DNA of 64,000 nucleotides from Deinococcales bacterium (GTDB lineage Bacteria; Deinococcota; Deinococci; Deinococcales; JAAFIG01): assembly GCA_031414595.1 (NCBI GenBank), contig JANNVX010000004.1:1-64000 (forward strand). Reading direction: 5' to 3'. The notes under the pieces were generated by a model. That model saw nothing but the letters and a program-made list of their open reading frames with translations, was not told the origin of the DNA and did no database searches. The translations under genes and the position numbers were made by a program. Shown one piece after another: positions 9,930 to 19,378 of this stretch; the stretch's first letter is position 1, and each line of letters starts with the position of its first letter.

Positions 9930-11093
9930 ATGCGTTACTTAACGGCAGGCGAATCGCACGGACCAAGTTTAACCACCATTCTCGAGGGTTTTCCTTCGCA
10001 AGTGCCATTAAGTATAGAAGATGTCAACCCGTGGCTCGAGAAACGCCAACAAGGGTACGGGCGTGGCAGACGAATGCAAATCGAAAAAGATGCGGTAGAG
10101 TTTTTAAGTGGTGTTCGGGCTGGACGCACCACAGGCGCACCAATTACGCTACAAATTATCAACAAAGACCACCAGAATTGGCTCGAGATTATGGACGTAA
10201 ATGCAGGCAACGAACCACGCAAAAAAGCCTTAACCGCCGCCCGTCCGGGTCATGCCGATTTGGTCGGCGGCATCAAATACCGTCATAAAGATTTACGAGA
10301 TGTGCTGGAACGCGCTTCGGCAAGAGAAACCGCTTCAAGGGTTGCAGTTGGTGCGATTGCCCTGAAATTCTTGTCTGAACTTGGTGTGCAAGGCGCAAAT
10401 TACGTTGACCGCTTGGCTGGAATTGCCAGTAGCGTACCGTTTGACTGGGAAAAACTCGGCGAAATCGAAGCCTCGGCTGTGCGCTGCCTAGACCCGAACG
10501 CCGCCGAACAAATGATTGCCCGAATAGACCAAGCCAAAACTGATGGCGACACTTTGGGCGGAATTCTCGAGGTGCGCTTTAGAAACCTTGTCCCCGGGCT
10601 GGGCAGTTACACCCACTGGGACAGAAAACTCGATGGACGAATCAGCCACGCAATTATGGCAACCCAAGCGGTTAAAGGTGTGGAAATCGGACGGGCATTT
10701 GCCAATGCCGATTTGCCCGGCTCATCGGTTCATGATGCCGTGTACTACCGCGAGAGTATTCCCACCCAAGGGCATTACCAACGCGATACTAACGGGGCGG
10801 GTGGACTCGAGGCTGGCATGACCAACGGCGAAGACCTGATTATTCGGGTGGCATTAAAACCAATCGCTACACTGATGAAGCCCCTGCCAACCGTGGATGT
10901 GGTCACGCACCAAGCGGCTGATGCTGCCCGCGAACGCTCAGATACCACGGCTGTCCCTGCGGCTGGGGTGATTTTTCAGTGCGTGATTGCCACGGTGCTA
11001 ACCGAAGCGTACCTCGAGAAGTTTGGGGCGGATACGCTACCAGAGATTCAAGAACGTATTCTCGAGTATCAAAGGTTTATAGAACAGTATTAG
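9930..11093 (+). CDS. aroC: Chorismate synthase
   Basis: MRYLTAGESHGP, RPGHAD and ERASARETA signatures. Confidence 0.97.
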   Translation: MRYLTAGESHGPSLTTILEGFPSQVPLSIEDVNPWLEKRQQGYGRGRRMQIEKDAVEFLSGVRAGRTTGAPITLQIINKDHQNWLEIMDVNAGNEPRKKALTAARPGHADLVGGIKYRHKDLRDVLERASARETASRVAVGAIALKFLSELGVQGANYVDRLAGIASSVPFDWEKLGEIEASAVRCLDPNAAEQMIARIDQAKTDGDTLGGILEVRFRNLVPGLGSYTHWDRKLDGRISHAIMATQAVKGVEIGRAFANADLPGSSVHDAVYYRESIPTQGHYQRDTNGAGGLEAGMTNGEDLIIRVALKPIATLMKPLPTVDVVTHQAADAARERSDTTAVPAAGVIFQCVIATVLTEAYLEKFGADTLPEIQERILEYQRFIEQY

Positions 11094-11135
11094 CCGCACT
11101 AGGAAAATGAAGTTTCCTCTGCTACCATTTACCTT

Positions 11136-12023
11136 ATGGCAAACGTCTTTGTTAATCCATTCACTGATTTTGGATTCAAAAAAATCTTTGGTGAAGAGGC
11201 GAGTAAACCGCACCTGATAGATTTCCTGAATGCGATTCTGCCCAGCAAAGCCCAAATTGCTGACCTTAACTTTAAGAATCTCGAGCAATTACCCGCCAGC
11301 GAAGACCGTCGTAAAGCGGTTTATGATATTTACTGTCAAGGTGTGAGTGGCGAGTATTTTATTGTTGAATTACAAAAAGCCAGACAGAATTACTTCAAAG
11401 ACCGGACGATTTATTACTCAACTTTTCCAATACAAGATCAAGCCAAACAAGGGGAATGGGATTATCAATTACAAGCGGTGTACTGCATTGGTGTTCTTAA
11501 TTTTAGATTTGCCGAAACAGCTAAACTCGAGAAGCACAAAGTCATTCACACGATTAAACTCAAGAATCAACAGAATCAAGTGTTTTACGATAAGCTGAGT
11601 TTTATTTACCTCGAGATGCCAAATTTTAATAAATCACTCGAGGAACTAGAAACACGACTTGATAAATGGTTGTACTTCATTAAGAACTTAGGGGATTTAC
11701 AAAGTATTCCAGAATTATTCAAAGATAAGGTCTTCACAACTGCTTTTGAAACAGCCAAATTAGCCAATCTTGACCCTACAAGCCGAGAACAGTACCAGCA
11801 AAGCCTGAAAGTGTTGCGAGATAATTATTCGGTGATGAAAACCGCGATAGACGACGCGGTACAAGAAGCTCGAGAAGTAGCCCTTGCTGAAGGGGAGGCT
11901 CGAGGCGAACTCAAAGCCAAACTTGAAGTTGCAAGAAACTTAAAAGCGGCTGGATTAAGCAAAGAGCAAATTCAAATTGCTACGGGATTAAGTGCAGGGA
12001 TTCTCGAGCAGTACGGGATTTGA
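11136..12023 (+). CDS. Rpn family recombination-promoting nuclease / PD-(D/E)XK putative transposase
   Basis: NPFTDFGFKKIFG, YDIYC, IVELQ and a C-terminal EG..(K)AKLEVARNL..GL tail. Confidence 0.9.
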   Translation: MANVFVNPFTDFGFKKIFGEEASKPHLIDFLNAILPSKAQIADLNFKNLEQLPASEDRRKAVYDIYCQGVSGEYFIVELQKARQNYFKDRTIYYSTFPIQDQAKQGEWDYQLQAVYCIGVLNFRFAETAKLEKHKVIHTIKLKNQQNQVFYDKLSFIYLEMPNFNKSLEELETRLDKWLYFIKNLGDLQSIPELFKDKVFTTAFETAKLANLDPTSREQYQQSLKVLRDNYSVMKTAIDDAVQEAREVALAEGEARGELKAKLEVARNLKAAGLSKEQIQIATGLSAGILEQYGI

Positions 12024-12064
12024 ATACATGCACAAGCGGGTTAAAGCAGAGGGTACGGTATTTT

Positions 12065-13012
12065 ATGAAATTGCAGTCTATTGAAGATAGTAGCATTCCT
12101 GATTACATTGAATTTGAGTATAAAAATCTGAGTTTTCAAGAAAAACAAGAAAAGATTAGTAAAACGCTAAATGATCTAAAAATTGGAAAATTGAATCTTG
12201 AACACTACTTAAGCCTTGTAGAAAACAACCAAATTATTGGCTTGCTAAGGTGGCGAATTGGGGAATTAGATGGGCAAAAAGTAGTAGAAACTCTTGGTAG
12301 TCCAAGTATTGCTCTACTCGAAAAACGACATGAAGCTATGGAAATAATGATTCAAGCGTTATTGGAATTGTCATCTAAGCATCTAGCCTTAACAAAACTG
12401 ACATTGGACGAGGAGCGAATCGGACATTTTTCACCCGAGTTTTTCTTAAAGTTCAATCTGGCGCTCACTTTCCACAACCAAGGTTATTCTTCAGACCTTC
12501 AAAATCTCGAATCTACCAATTCAGAACTGGAACTCGAGAGCATAGAAGAAACTGAAAACAGCTTATCAAAAGCCGCAAAATTACTTGAAGTAATTCAAGC
12601 GGATTCGTTTGACCCAACTGCAATTGAAGATTTGGATGATTCCTTGGCGAGCATAGAAGACCGAATTGCTCAGGGTCAGTATTTAGACAGTATTGGTGGT
12701 GCTGCAAGAAATTATATTGTCAAGTATCACAATCAAGAAATAGGGCTTCTGTTCTCGCGGTACACGCACATCAAAGAACGCCAAGGTGGAATGTTTTGCG
12801 GCGTTATTCCTGAATTTCGCCAGAAAGGTTTAGGTCGTCAAGTGCATCATCTTGGACTCGAGAGCCTCAAGGAAATGGGGGCTTTACATTACCGAGGAGA
12901 AACATTTGTTGGAAATACACCAATGAAAAGCATTTTTAGAGCTAATCAGTGCTTACTTATACCGAATTCAAATTACTGGGAATACCAGACAACCATAACA
13001 GCAAAAACTTAG
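12065..13012 (+). CDS. GNAT family N-acetyltransferase
   Basis: Motif A GVIPEFRQKGLG and N.PM..IF in the C-terminal domain; the start may be TTG 12020. Confidence 0.75.
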   Translation: MKLQSIEDSSIPDYIEFEYKNLSFQEKQEKISKTLNDLKIGKLNLEHYLSLVENNQIIGLLRWRIGELDGQKVVETLGSPSIALLEKRHEAMEIMIQALLELSSKHLALTKLTLDEERIGHFSPEFFLKFNLALTFHNQGYSSDLQNLESTNSELELESIEETENSLSKAAKLLEVIQADSFDPTAIEDLDDSLASIEDRIAQGQYLDSIGGAARNYIVKYHNQEIGLLFSRYTHIKERQGGMFCGVIPEFRQKGLGRQVHHLGLESLKEMGALHYRGETFVGNTPMKSIFRANQCLLIPNSNYWEYQTTITAKT

Positions 13013-13223
13013 CATTGTGGTCTGGGTTTTACCCACAATATCATTCTTCACATTACCCATCTCTTGAGTTAAAACTTGGCTTCAATTACCACCCCAGCTT
13101 GCCTAGGCTCGAGCCGAAATAGTCACAGCAAATTCAAGTTCATGCGCCACCGTAAAACTCGAGATTTCAAGGTTGGTGTGGCTGTTCTCGAGTTTTCGTA
13201 GTTGTGCATTGCCCACACTTGGT

Positions 13224-13895
13224 TCAGACTCGGGCGGTTGTCGCCTTTTGCCTTGCCTGAAGCCTGCGGCGGATGACCCACTCGGCAATCGCAAAGTTGA
13301 TGACCCAGCCCGCTCCAAGGCTGATGGCTCTGGTGAGGTCATTCAAATACTCAGTAAAGAAGAGAAATAACGGCGCGGCAGTGAATACCTGCGTGCTTCC
13401 TCCCGCTCCGACAGCATAAGCTCGAGTCATCCAAACCCCGTGGTTGTTAAAGTCCCGCCGATAAATGGCAGCCACCCCCAACACAATCGTCAGCACCATC
13501 CATGCACTAAATAACATCCGTATGCCGTACACCAGCGCACCGTCGTATTTGGGCAGATTGTAGAAGTGTGCCATCCACATGGCTGAAAATGCCACCACTA
13601 ACCCACTTGGGATAAGGATTCGCCCGAGCATTTTGTGCCAACCCGGTTTCGGGCGGCGCAACCTTGGGGCAAACTGCAAAGCTCCCAAAATGAGGAACAT
13701 AATGCCGCTTAGACTATGCGCTATGATGGGTAGAGGGTCGGCAAAGAAGCGCTGATTCTCGGGAGTGATGACGGTTGTACTGCTACTCTGCTCTAATAAC
13801 CGTACAACCCCTGAGCCAGAAGGAACTAACGCCAGTAGAATTAGGGCTGCGGGGGCTAACCACTCGAGCTTGTTCGGTGTAGATGTTTGTTTCAT
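13224..13895 (-). CDS. DUF2306-type membrane protein
   Basis: Conserved His pattern (IAH..., WHKMLGR, HGVWMTRAYA) and 6 TM helices; GGAG RBS. Confidence 0.8.
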   Translation of the reverse strand: MKQTSTPNKLEWLAPAALILLALVPSGSGVVRLLEQSSSTTVITPENQRFFADPLPIIAHSLSGIMFLILGALQFAPRLRRPKPGWHKMLGRILIPSGLVVAFSAMWMAHFYNLPKYDGALVYGIRMLFSAWMVLTIVLGVAAIYRRDFNNHGVWMTRAYAVGAGGSTQVFTAAPLFLFFTEYLNDLTRAISLGAGWVINFAIAEWVIRRRLQARQKATTARV

Positions 13896-14020
13896 ATTTA
13901 ACTCCTTTTTTTGAAAAAACGACCCAGTTCTATTGATTGCAATAGAACGACTCACTCAGCCACGTGACAACAGCGAAATGAGGTCAATGATTGAGCTTTG
14001 TGTTTATGACTGTGCTTTTC

Positions 14021-14242
14021 TCACTGCGGGTCGTCTTCTAAGAAGAAAACTTCTACTAAGGAAACGTTTAATCCCAGTGAAAGTTGGAAAGCTAACTCGA
14101 GTGAGGGGTAATACTTTCCTTTTTCGACTGCCACGATGGTCTGGCGTGTCACTCCAATTTTTGCTGCCAACTGCTCTTGGGTTAGCTCGCCCTGATTGAA
14201 GCGCAATTTGCGAATATTGTTGCCAATGCGAATCTTGCTCAC
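14021..14242 (-). CDS. XRE-family HTH transcriptional regulator
   Basis: LTQEQLAAKIGVTRQTIVAVEKGKYYPSLELAF. Confidence 0.92.
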   Translation of the reverse strand: MSKIRIGNNIRKLRFNQGELTQEQLAAKIGVTRQTIVAVEKGKYYPSLELAFQLSLGLNVSLVEVFFLEDDPQ

Positions 14243-14692
14243 CTAGTGACCCCTGCGGTATAGATAAAACTGAACCACATAGCCCACAACCTGACTGACC
14301 AGCAGACCCACCATCAATCCCTGAAAGATAACCGTTGGGGCTGCGTTCAACGCAGCCAACAGCATAGCCAGCATGAACACAGAGAAAAATGTGAAGTTAC
14401 TGTAGCGGTCAACCCGCATTTCAAACAAGCGATCCCGTTCGTCCATCAACGAAGATTCTTGCTCTCGAGTCGAGGCTGTGTGCAGAATCTTGGTCAAAAA
14501 TTGGAGGGCGAAATGAACCGCAAGGCTCAAAGCGACGTACCACAAAATAGTTCCGCCCCAAAACTTAAGCACGGTTTGGGCATCAGTCCCAACAGTCGGA
14601 GGATGCTGAGGAAAGACACTTAACCAGAAATAGCCAAACAGCAACAACGCCCCCACGATATTTACCAGACTTTTCTTTTCTTGAAAGGTCAC
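14243..14692 (-). CDS. Small membrane protein co-transcribed with the XRE regulator
   Basis: 4 TM helices with a DERD motif; GGAGG RBS before GTG 14692; upstream TTGACA...TACATT promoter at about 14745-14773. Confidence 0.75.
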   Translation of the reverse strand: MTFQEKKSLVNIVGALLLFGYFWLSVFPQHPPTVGTDAQTVLKFWGGTILWYVALSLAVHFALQFLTKILHTASTREQESSLMDERDRLFEMRVDRYSNFTFFSVFMLAMLLAALNAAPTVIFQGLMVGLLVSQVVGYVVQFYLYRRGH

Positions 14693-14849
14693 CCTGCCTC
14701 CATTCGTCTGCTGGTTTTTACATATAGTCAGCTTAACAAGACATAATGTAAAACAAAACATACATTTTGTCAAATGAAACATTCGCACCATGAGCTTGAT
14801 TGGTATTAGCGAGGGCAACAGGTGGGTGGAGATCTAAGCTACGTTTTGC

Positions 14850-15005
14850 CTACTCTGTCCACGGATTAAGCAATGTTACGGGTAAAACCCCTAAATCTTT
14901 GGTATTTCGGGTCACCAGAATTAAACCTTGTTCTATGGCGGTGGCTGCAAGTAACGAATCTAGGATTAGGGGTGTAAAACCACGGGCGGTGGCTCGAGTT
15001 TCCAT
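14850..15005 (-). pseudogene. C-terminal remnant of a VapC/PIN toxin
   Basis: Unlisted frame METRATARGFTPLILDSLLAATAIEQGLILVTRNTKDLGVLPVTLLNPWTE*; the N-terminal half is absent (in-frame stop at 15051-15053). Confidence 0.8.
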
Positions 15006-15078
15006 GTGGTTGCCTTGCCAAGTACGGCGTTTTGAAATGCAGAAACCTTTTCACTATTTACCTCGTATACTCGAGGTA

Positions 15079-15804
15079 ATGATTGAGGTTCAAAATTTAT
15101 CGAAGCGCTATTCGCCCAAAGTCATCGCCGTGGATAATCTGTCGTTTCAAGCTAAAGCTGGCGAAATTTACGGCTTACTAGGACCAAACGGGGCGGGTAA
15201 AACCACCACGCTGCGAATGCTGGCAACCCTGCTCGAGCCGACGGGTGGCAGTGCAAGTGTGGCTGGTTTTGACACCAAACGCCAACCTGAAGAAGTACGG
15301 CGCACAATTGGTGTGGTCAACGGCGGTATGGGACTCTATGACCGCTTAACTGGACAAGAAATTCTCGAGTATTTTGCCGGTTTTTACAACATGGGTAAAT
15401 CCGATACTGCCAAACGTATCAAAGAACTGTCCGATGCGCTCGAGATGAACGAACTCCTGAATCGCCGCGCAGGAGAGTACAGCACAGGGATGAAACAAAA
15501 AATTGTGATTGCTCGCGCTGTGATTCACAACCCAAGTGTATTGATTTTGGATGAAGCCACCAACGGCTTAGATGTGGTGGCACGCAGGGCGGTTCTTGAA
15601 TTTGCCCGCAACTATAAAAACTCGAGCCGAGTTGTGTTGTACAGCACTCACATTATGGCAGAAGCCGAAGAACTCTGTGAACGAGCCGCAATTATTGACC
15701 ACGGCAAACTGATAGCTGAGGACAGCCTTGCGAACTTAAAAAAGAGAACGAATTCCACAAATCTCGAGGAAGCCTTCTTTAGATTAACAAGGGGGATGGC
15801 ATAA
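15079..15804 (+). CDS. ABC exporter ATP-binding subunit (NatA-like)
   Basis: Walker A GPNGAGKTT, signature YSTGMKQK, Walker B LILDE; leaderless TATACT at 15066. Confidence 0.92.
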   Translation: MIEVQNLSKRYSPKVIAVDNLSFQAKAGEIYGLLGPNGAGKTTTLRMLATLLEPTGGSASVAGFDTKRQPEEVRRTIGVVNGGMGLYDRLTGQEILEYFAGFYNMGKSDTAKRIKELSDALEMNELLNRRAGEYSTGMKQKIVIARAVIHNPSVLILDEATNGLDVVARRAVLEFARNYKNSSRVVLYSTHIMAEAEELCERAAIIDHGKLIAEDSLANLKKRTNSTNLEEAFFRLTRGMA

Positions 15805-17042
15805 TGCGCTTAAATTTTATTTGGCGAGTGGCGTACAAAGAATTACTTTCGACCGTGCGGGATACCAAAGCATTTCGTGCCAGCGTTATTATGCCCTTTA
15901 TTCTGACTCCACTTTTTCTGATTGGGTTTCCGTTGCTGTTTGGTAATTTGTTTGGTGGCGAAGTACAAAAAAAACAAGTTGTTGGTGTAGAAAACCTTGC
16001 CCAAATGCCTCTCGCCTTACGCAGCTTGCTCGAGTCCGGCGATGGTGGGGCGGGGGTGGAACTCAAATCAATAGAAAAGCCATTAGAAGCAGTTCAAACT
16101 GGAGATGTCGAAGCTGCTTTAAGTATTCCCAAAGGTGGCGTTCCTAATGAGGCAGGTGGTAGACCAGTTGGGATTCAAGTTTTCGTGAAATTTAGCAGTT
16201 CAAAAGCTCGTGTAGTACGCGATAAGCTCTCGAGCGCTATAGAAAACTACAGTAAATCCTTGGTACTCAAAAAACTTGCGGCAGTAGGCTTAAGCCCTGA
16301 TACGCTCGAACCAGTCAAAGTCCAAGCAGTCAATGCCGAAACGATTGCCGAAAGTTCAGGAGGTCTTTTTGCGTTTCTATTCCCAATGCTTATTTTCTTT
16401 GCAATTCTGGGCGGAGCAAGTACCGTCGCCGTGGATAGCACCGCAGGCGAAAAAGAACGTGGTAGTCTGGAAATTCTGCTGGTCTCCCCAATTAAACGGC
16501 TTGAAGTGGTCTTAGGGAAATTACTAGCTGTGACTCTATTTGCCTTATTTGGCGTGGTGGTACAAGTCATGGCTTTTATCATCTCGAGCAACTTGAGCCC
16601 AATTATTCTCAAGCAATTTGGTCCAAAAGGTAGCGAGGACATGACCGCCCTTTTTGGCGGGAATCTAAATCTTGGCTTTAGTGGTTTTTTCTCGATGTTC
16701 TTAATTGGAATTACAGTGGCTTTAATGCTTTCTGGTGTATTGGTGGCAATTGGCATCTATGCACGTTCGTTTAAAGAAGCTCAAACTTACCTTGTACCAC
16801 TGCAAATTATTTCACAATTTGTTTCTATCGGAATGCAATTCGGTGATTTTATTACCCGCAGCACTTTGCTGTACGCCACACCTGTGATTGGTAGCACCCT
16901 TGGGATATTGGATATTGTCAAAGGCAAAGCCACCCCAGAAATTGTGGCAATTATTGTGATTGCCAACCTTATTTTTGCAGTTGGTACGGCTTACCTTGCG
17001 CTTCGTAATTTTTCCAAGGAACAAGTGCTGTTTCGCAACTAA
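15804..17042 (+). CDS. ABC exporter permease (NatB-like)
   Basis: AGEKERGSLEILL motif, extracellular domain, TM helices. Confidence 0.9.
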   Translation: MRLNFIWRVAYKELLSTVRDTKAFRASVIMPFILTPLFLIGFPLLFGNLFGGEVQKKQVVGVENLAQMPLALRSLLESGDGGAGVELKSIEKPLEAVQTGDVEAALSIPKGGVPNEAGGRPVGIQVFVKFSSSKARVVRDKLSSAIENYSKSLVLKKLAAVGLSPDTLEPVKVQAVNAETIAESSGGLFAFLFPMLIFFAILGGASTVAVDSTAGEKERGSLEILLVSPIKRLEVVLGKLLAVTLFALFGVVVQVMAFIISSNLSPIILKQFGPKGSEDMTALFGGNLNLGFSGFFSMFLIGITVALMLSGVLVAIGIYARSFKEAQTYLVPLQIISQFVSIGMQFGDFITRSTLLYATPVIGSTLGILDIVKGKATPEIVAIIVIANLIFAVGTAYLALRNFSKEQVLFRN

Positions 17043-17120
17043 AGAAATGCTTTATCCGCACACAATCCGCCTCGAGTCGCAAAGTGTTAATCTGTTGGCT
17101 ATGTCGTCTCGAGGCAAATT

Positions 17121-18146
17121 GTGAAAAACGCCATTCAAGCCCTACTTATCACCTTGGTCTTTTCGGCACTGGGAATTTTTGGTCTGCTCAGCCTTGGCAA
17201 AGAATTTAATCCTGCCGAATTTAGTCGCACAGTGCAAATTCATCCGCTTTGGGCAGTGATTTTTGTGGCATCAGTTATCGCGTGGTGGCTGGTGGCTGGC
17301 TGGCGGATTCAGTTACTTGCCAACGATAAAAATGTCACGCTGGCTCGAGCCACCCGAGCATTTTTACTCTACTTATTTGGAGCATCCACCACCCCCAGTG
17401 CCAGTGGTGCAAATGTAGCCATGGCTTGGTATTTAAGCCAGTACACCGACTCGAGACGCGCCACAGCCGTAGCAATTTTTTCGGTCTCGCTTGACTTGGT
17501 TTTTTATGCTTACGCGCTTCCGCTTTCTTTTGCTTATTTGTACTTGGCTGGGATTGACTTGCACTTGCCAATTATTGGTTCGTTTTTAGGTGTGTTGGTG
17601 CTGCTTGGGACAGTCGTGGCGATTGGTTTAGCGTATGGGGTTGCCTACCAAGCGCATCGTCTCGAGAAACTGATTTTTATGATTTGTAATCTTAAATTCC
17701 TAAAGCGTTTCCAGCGTGGCGCACTGCGTTTTATTGGTGAAACCGCCGATGCTATGGCGCAAATGCGACAATTGCCTTTTTCGACCCAAGTTAAACTTCA
17801 TTTTTCTACCTTCTTAAATTACACCTTTCATTTTGCCGCCGCAAATTTAGTGCTGGCAACGCTGGGTTATAAAGTAGATGACCTTGGTTTAATCGCTGCC
17901 CAGATTTTACTGGTCTTTTTTAGCTTCTTTATCCCAACACCCGGCGGGGCTGGGTACTTTGAAATTGTGCTTGGCACAAGCAGTTCGGCGCTTGGGATTG
18001 CCAAAGAAGCGGTTGTGCCATTTGTGCTGATTTGGCGCGTTTTATCGTATTACTTGTATTACCTTATTGGTCCATTTATTGGTGGTGCGGCTGTCCTGGC
18101 ACAAGCCCAATCTGCGGCGCAACAAGCAAAAGAGGCAAAACCATGA
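17121..18146 (+). CDS. Lysylphosphatidylglycerol synthase TM-domain / flippase-like protein
   Basis: TTPSASG and PTPGGAGYFE motifs, WR..SYY. Confidence 0.85.
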   Translation: MKNAIQALLITLVFSALGIFGLLSLGKEFNPAEFSRTVQIHPLWAVIFVASVIAWWLVAGWRIQLLANDKNVTLARATRAFLLYLFGASTTPSASGANVAMAWYLSQYTDSRRATAVAIFSVSLDLVFYAYALPLSFAYLYLAGIDLHLPIIGSFLGVLVLLGTVVAIGLAYGVAYQAHRLEKLIFMICNLKFLKRFQRGALRFIGETADAMAQMRQLPFSTQVKLHFSTFLNYTFHFAAANLVLATLGYKVDDLGLIAAQILLVFFSFFIPTPGGAGYFEIVLGTSSSALGIAKEAVVPFVLIWRVLSYYLYYLIGPFIGGAAVLAQAQSAAQQAKEAKP

Positions 18147-19264
18147 AACGCATCCTCTTCTTAATGTCCGACACTGGCGGAGGACACCGCGCTGCCTGTA
18201 ACGCCATCACTGCCGCTCTCGAGGAAAAACACGCTGGGGAATTCGAGTTTGAATTGGTGGACATGTGGAAGGATTATACCAGTTACCCTTTTAACACCAT
18301 GCCTACGACCTACGGCAAATGGGTCAATCTGCACCCCTCGAGTTATGAAGCCCAATACTGGATAGGTGACCGACTTTTTAAGAATAAATTAGCTGCGAAG
18401 CTGTATGAACGCAACATGTACCCACGTATTCGGCATTTGTACCAGCGCCACCCATCTGACATTGTGGTTTGTGTTCATAGTGTTTTTGTGCGCCCAAGTG
18501 TCTACGCCTTACGAAAACTCGGGCTTCAGACACCATTTATTAGTGTGATTACCGACTACGCCCTACCAACAATTTTGTGGTACGACCCTCGAGCCGATAA
18601 AACCCTTGTGCCAGTCCAACCCGCTTATGACCGTGGTTTGGAGCTTGGGCTAGACCCGAAAAAACTGATTTTAACCGGACCTGTGATGCACCCAAGGTTC
18701 TCGAAAATGAATTTAAGTCAACTCGAGGCTCGGCAGAAACTGGGCTGGGATGAAAACGCAAAAATTGTGATTCTGGTCGGCGGCGGCGATGGCGTGGGAC
18801 CGCTACTCGAGACGGCTAAAGCCATAGACGCGAGTAGCGCCGATTCACAATTGGTGGTGCTGGCAGGTAAAAATACAACCTTAAAAAATGCGCTCGAGGC
18901 TGTATCTTGGAAGAAGAAAACCACGATTTACGGATTTACTGACTTGTTTGATGTCTTCTTGCGGGCTGCCGATTTACTGATTTCAAAAGCTGGACCTGCC
19001 ACCATTACCGAAGCGGCGGCGCTTGGCACACCGATGATTATTAACGGGGCGATTAAATTCCAAGAATCCCCTAATGCCGAATATGTGGTGGCTCAGGGGG
19101 CTGGGATGTATGCCGAAGGTGCAAGTAAGGTTGCCTTGGCACTCGAGCAAGTGCTATCCACACCAGATAAACTCGAGCAACTCAAAGCTGGGGTCAAAAA
19201 ACTTGCCGATGCCTCGGCGGTTTACCGAATTGCTGATGAAATTTGGCAAAGCCTTGGTGTTTGA
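18143..19264 (+). CDS. MGDG synthase / UgtP-like glycosyltransferase (GT28)
   Basis: SDTGGGHR, GGGDG, KAGPATITEA and QE..N motifs. Confidence 0.9.
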   Translation: MKRILFLMSDTGGGHRAACNAITAALEEKHAGEFEFELVDMWKDYTSYPFNTMPTTYGKWVNLHPSSYEAQYWIGDRLFKNKLAAKLYERNMYPRIRHLYQRHPSDIVVCVHSVFVRPSVYALRKLGLQTPFISVITDYALPTILWYDPRADKTLVPVQPAYDRGLELGLDPKKLILTGPVMHPRFSKMNLSQLEARQKLGWDENAKIVILVGGGDGVGPLLETAKAIDASSADSQLVVLAGKNTTLKNALEAVSWKKKTTIYGFTDLFDVFLRAADLLISKAGPATITEAAALGTPMIINGAIKFQESPNAEYVVAQGAGMYAEGASKVALALEQVLSTPDKLEQLKAGVKKLADASAVYRIADEIWQSLGV

Positions 19265-19302
19265 GCTAAAACTTCTATCGGCTACATTGTCAATTTTTGC
19301 GT

Positions 19303-19336
19303 CTCTTACAAAAAAATTACTGAATTCGTGTAAGAG
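19303..19336. promoter_or_regulatory. Inverted-repeat operator candidate upstream of the S8 protease
   Basis: CTCTTACA-N18-TGTAAGAG, upstream of the extended -10 TGcTAGAAT (19353-19361). Confidence 0.55.
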
Positions 19337-19378
19337 CTTTGTGATTTTTACTTGCTAGAATTGCCCGCGAGGTTAATC

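Noticed and set aside
13020-13220. Possible frameshifted VapC remnant on the minus strand (..ISAR/..RQAGVVIEA)
   Set aside because: Similarity is too weak to support without a profile search
14800-15078. Long N-terminal extensions in the ORF track (also at 1823, 18032, 27277, 32489 and 57635)
   Set aside because: They overlap neighbouring genes, RNA elements or pseudogenes; downstream starts have an RBS, a leaderless -10 box or stop/start coupling
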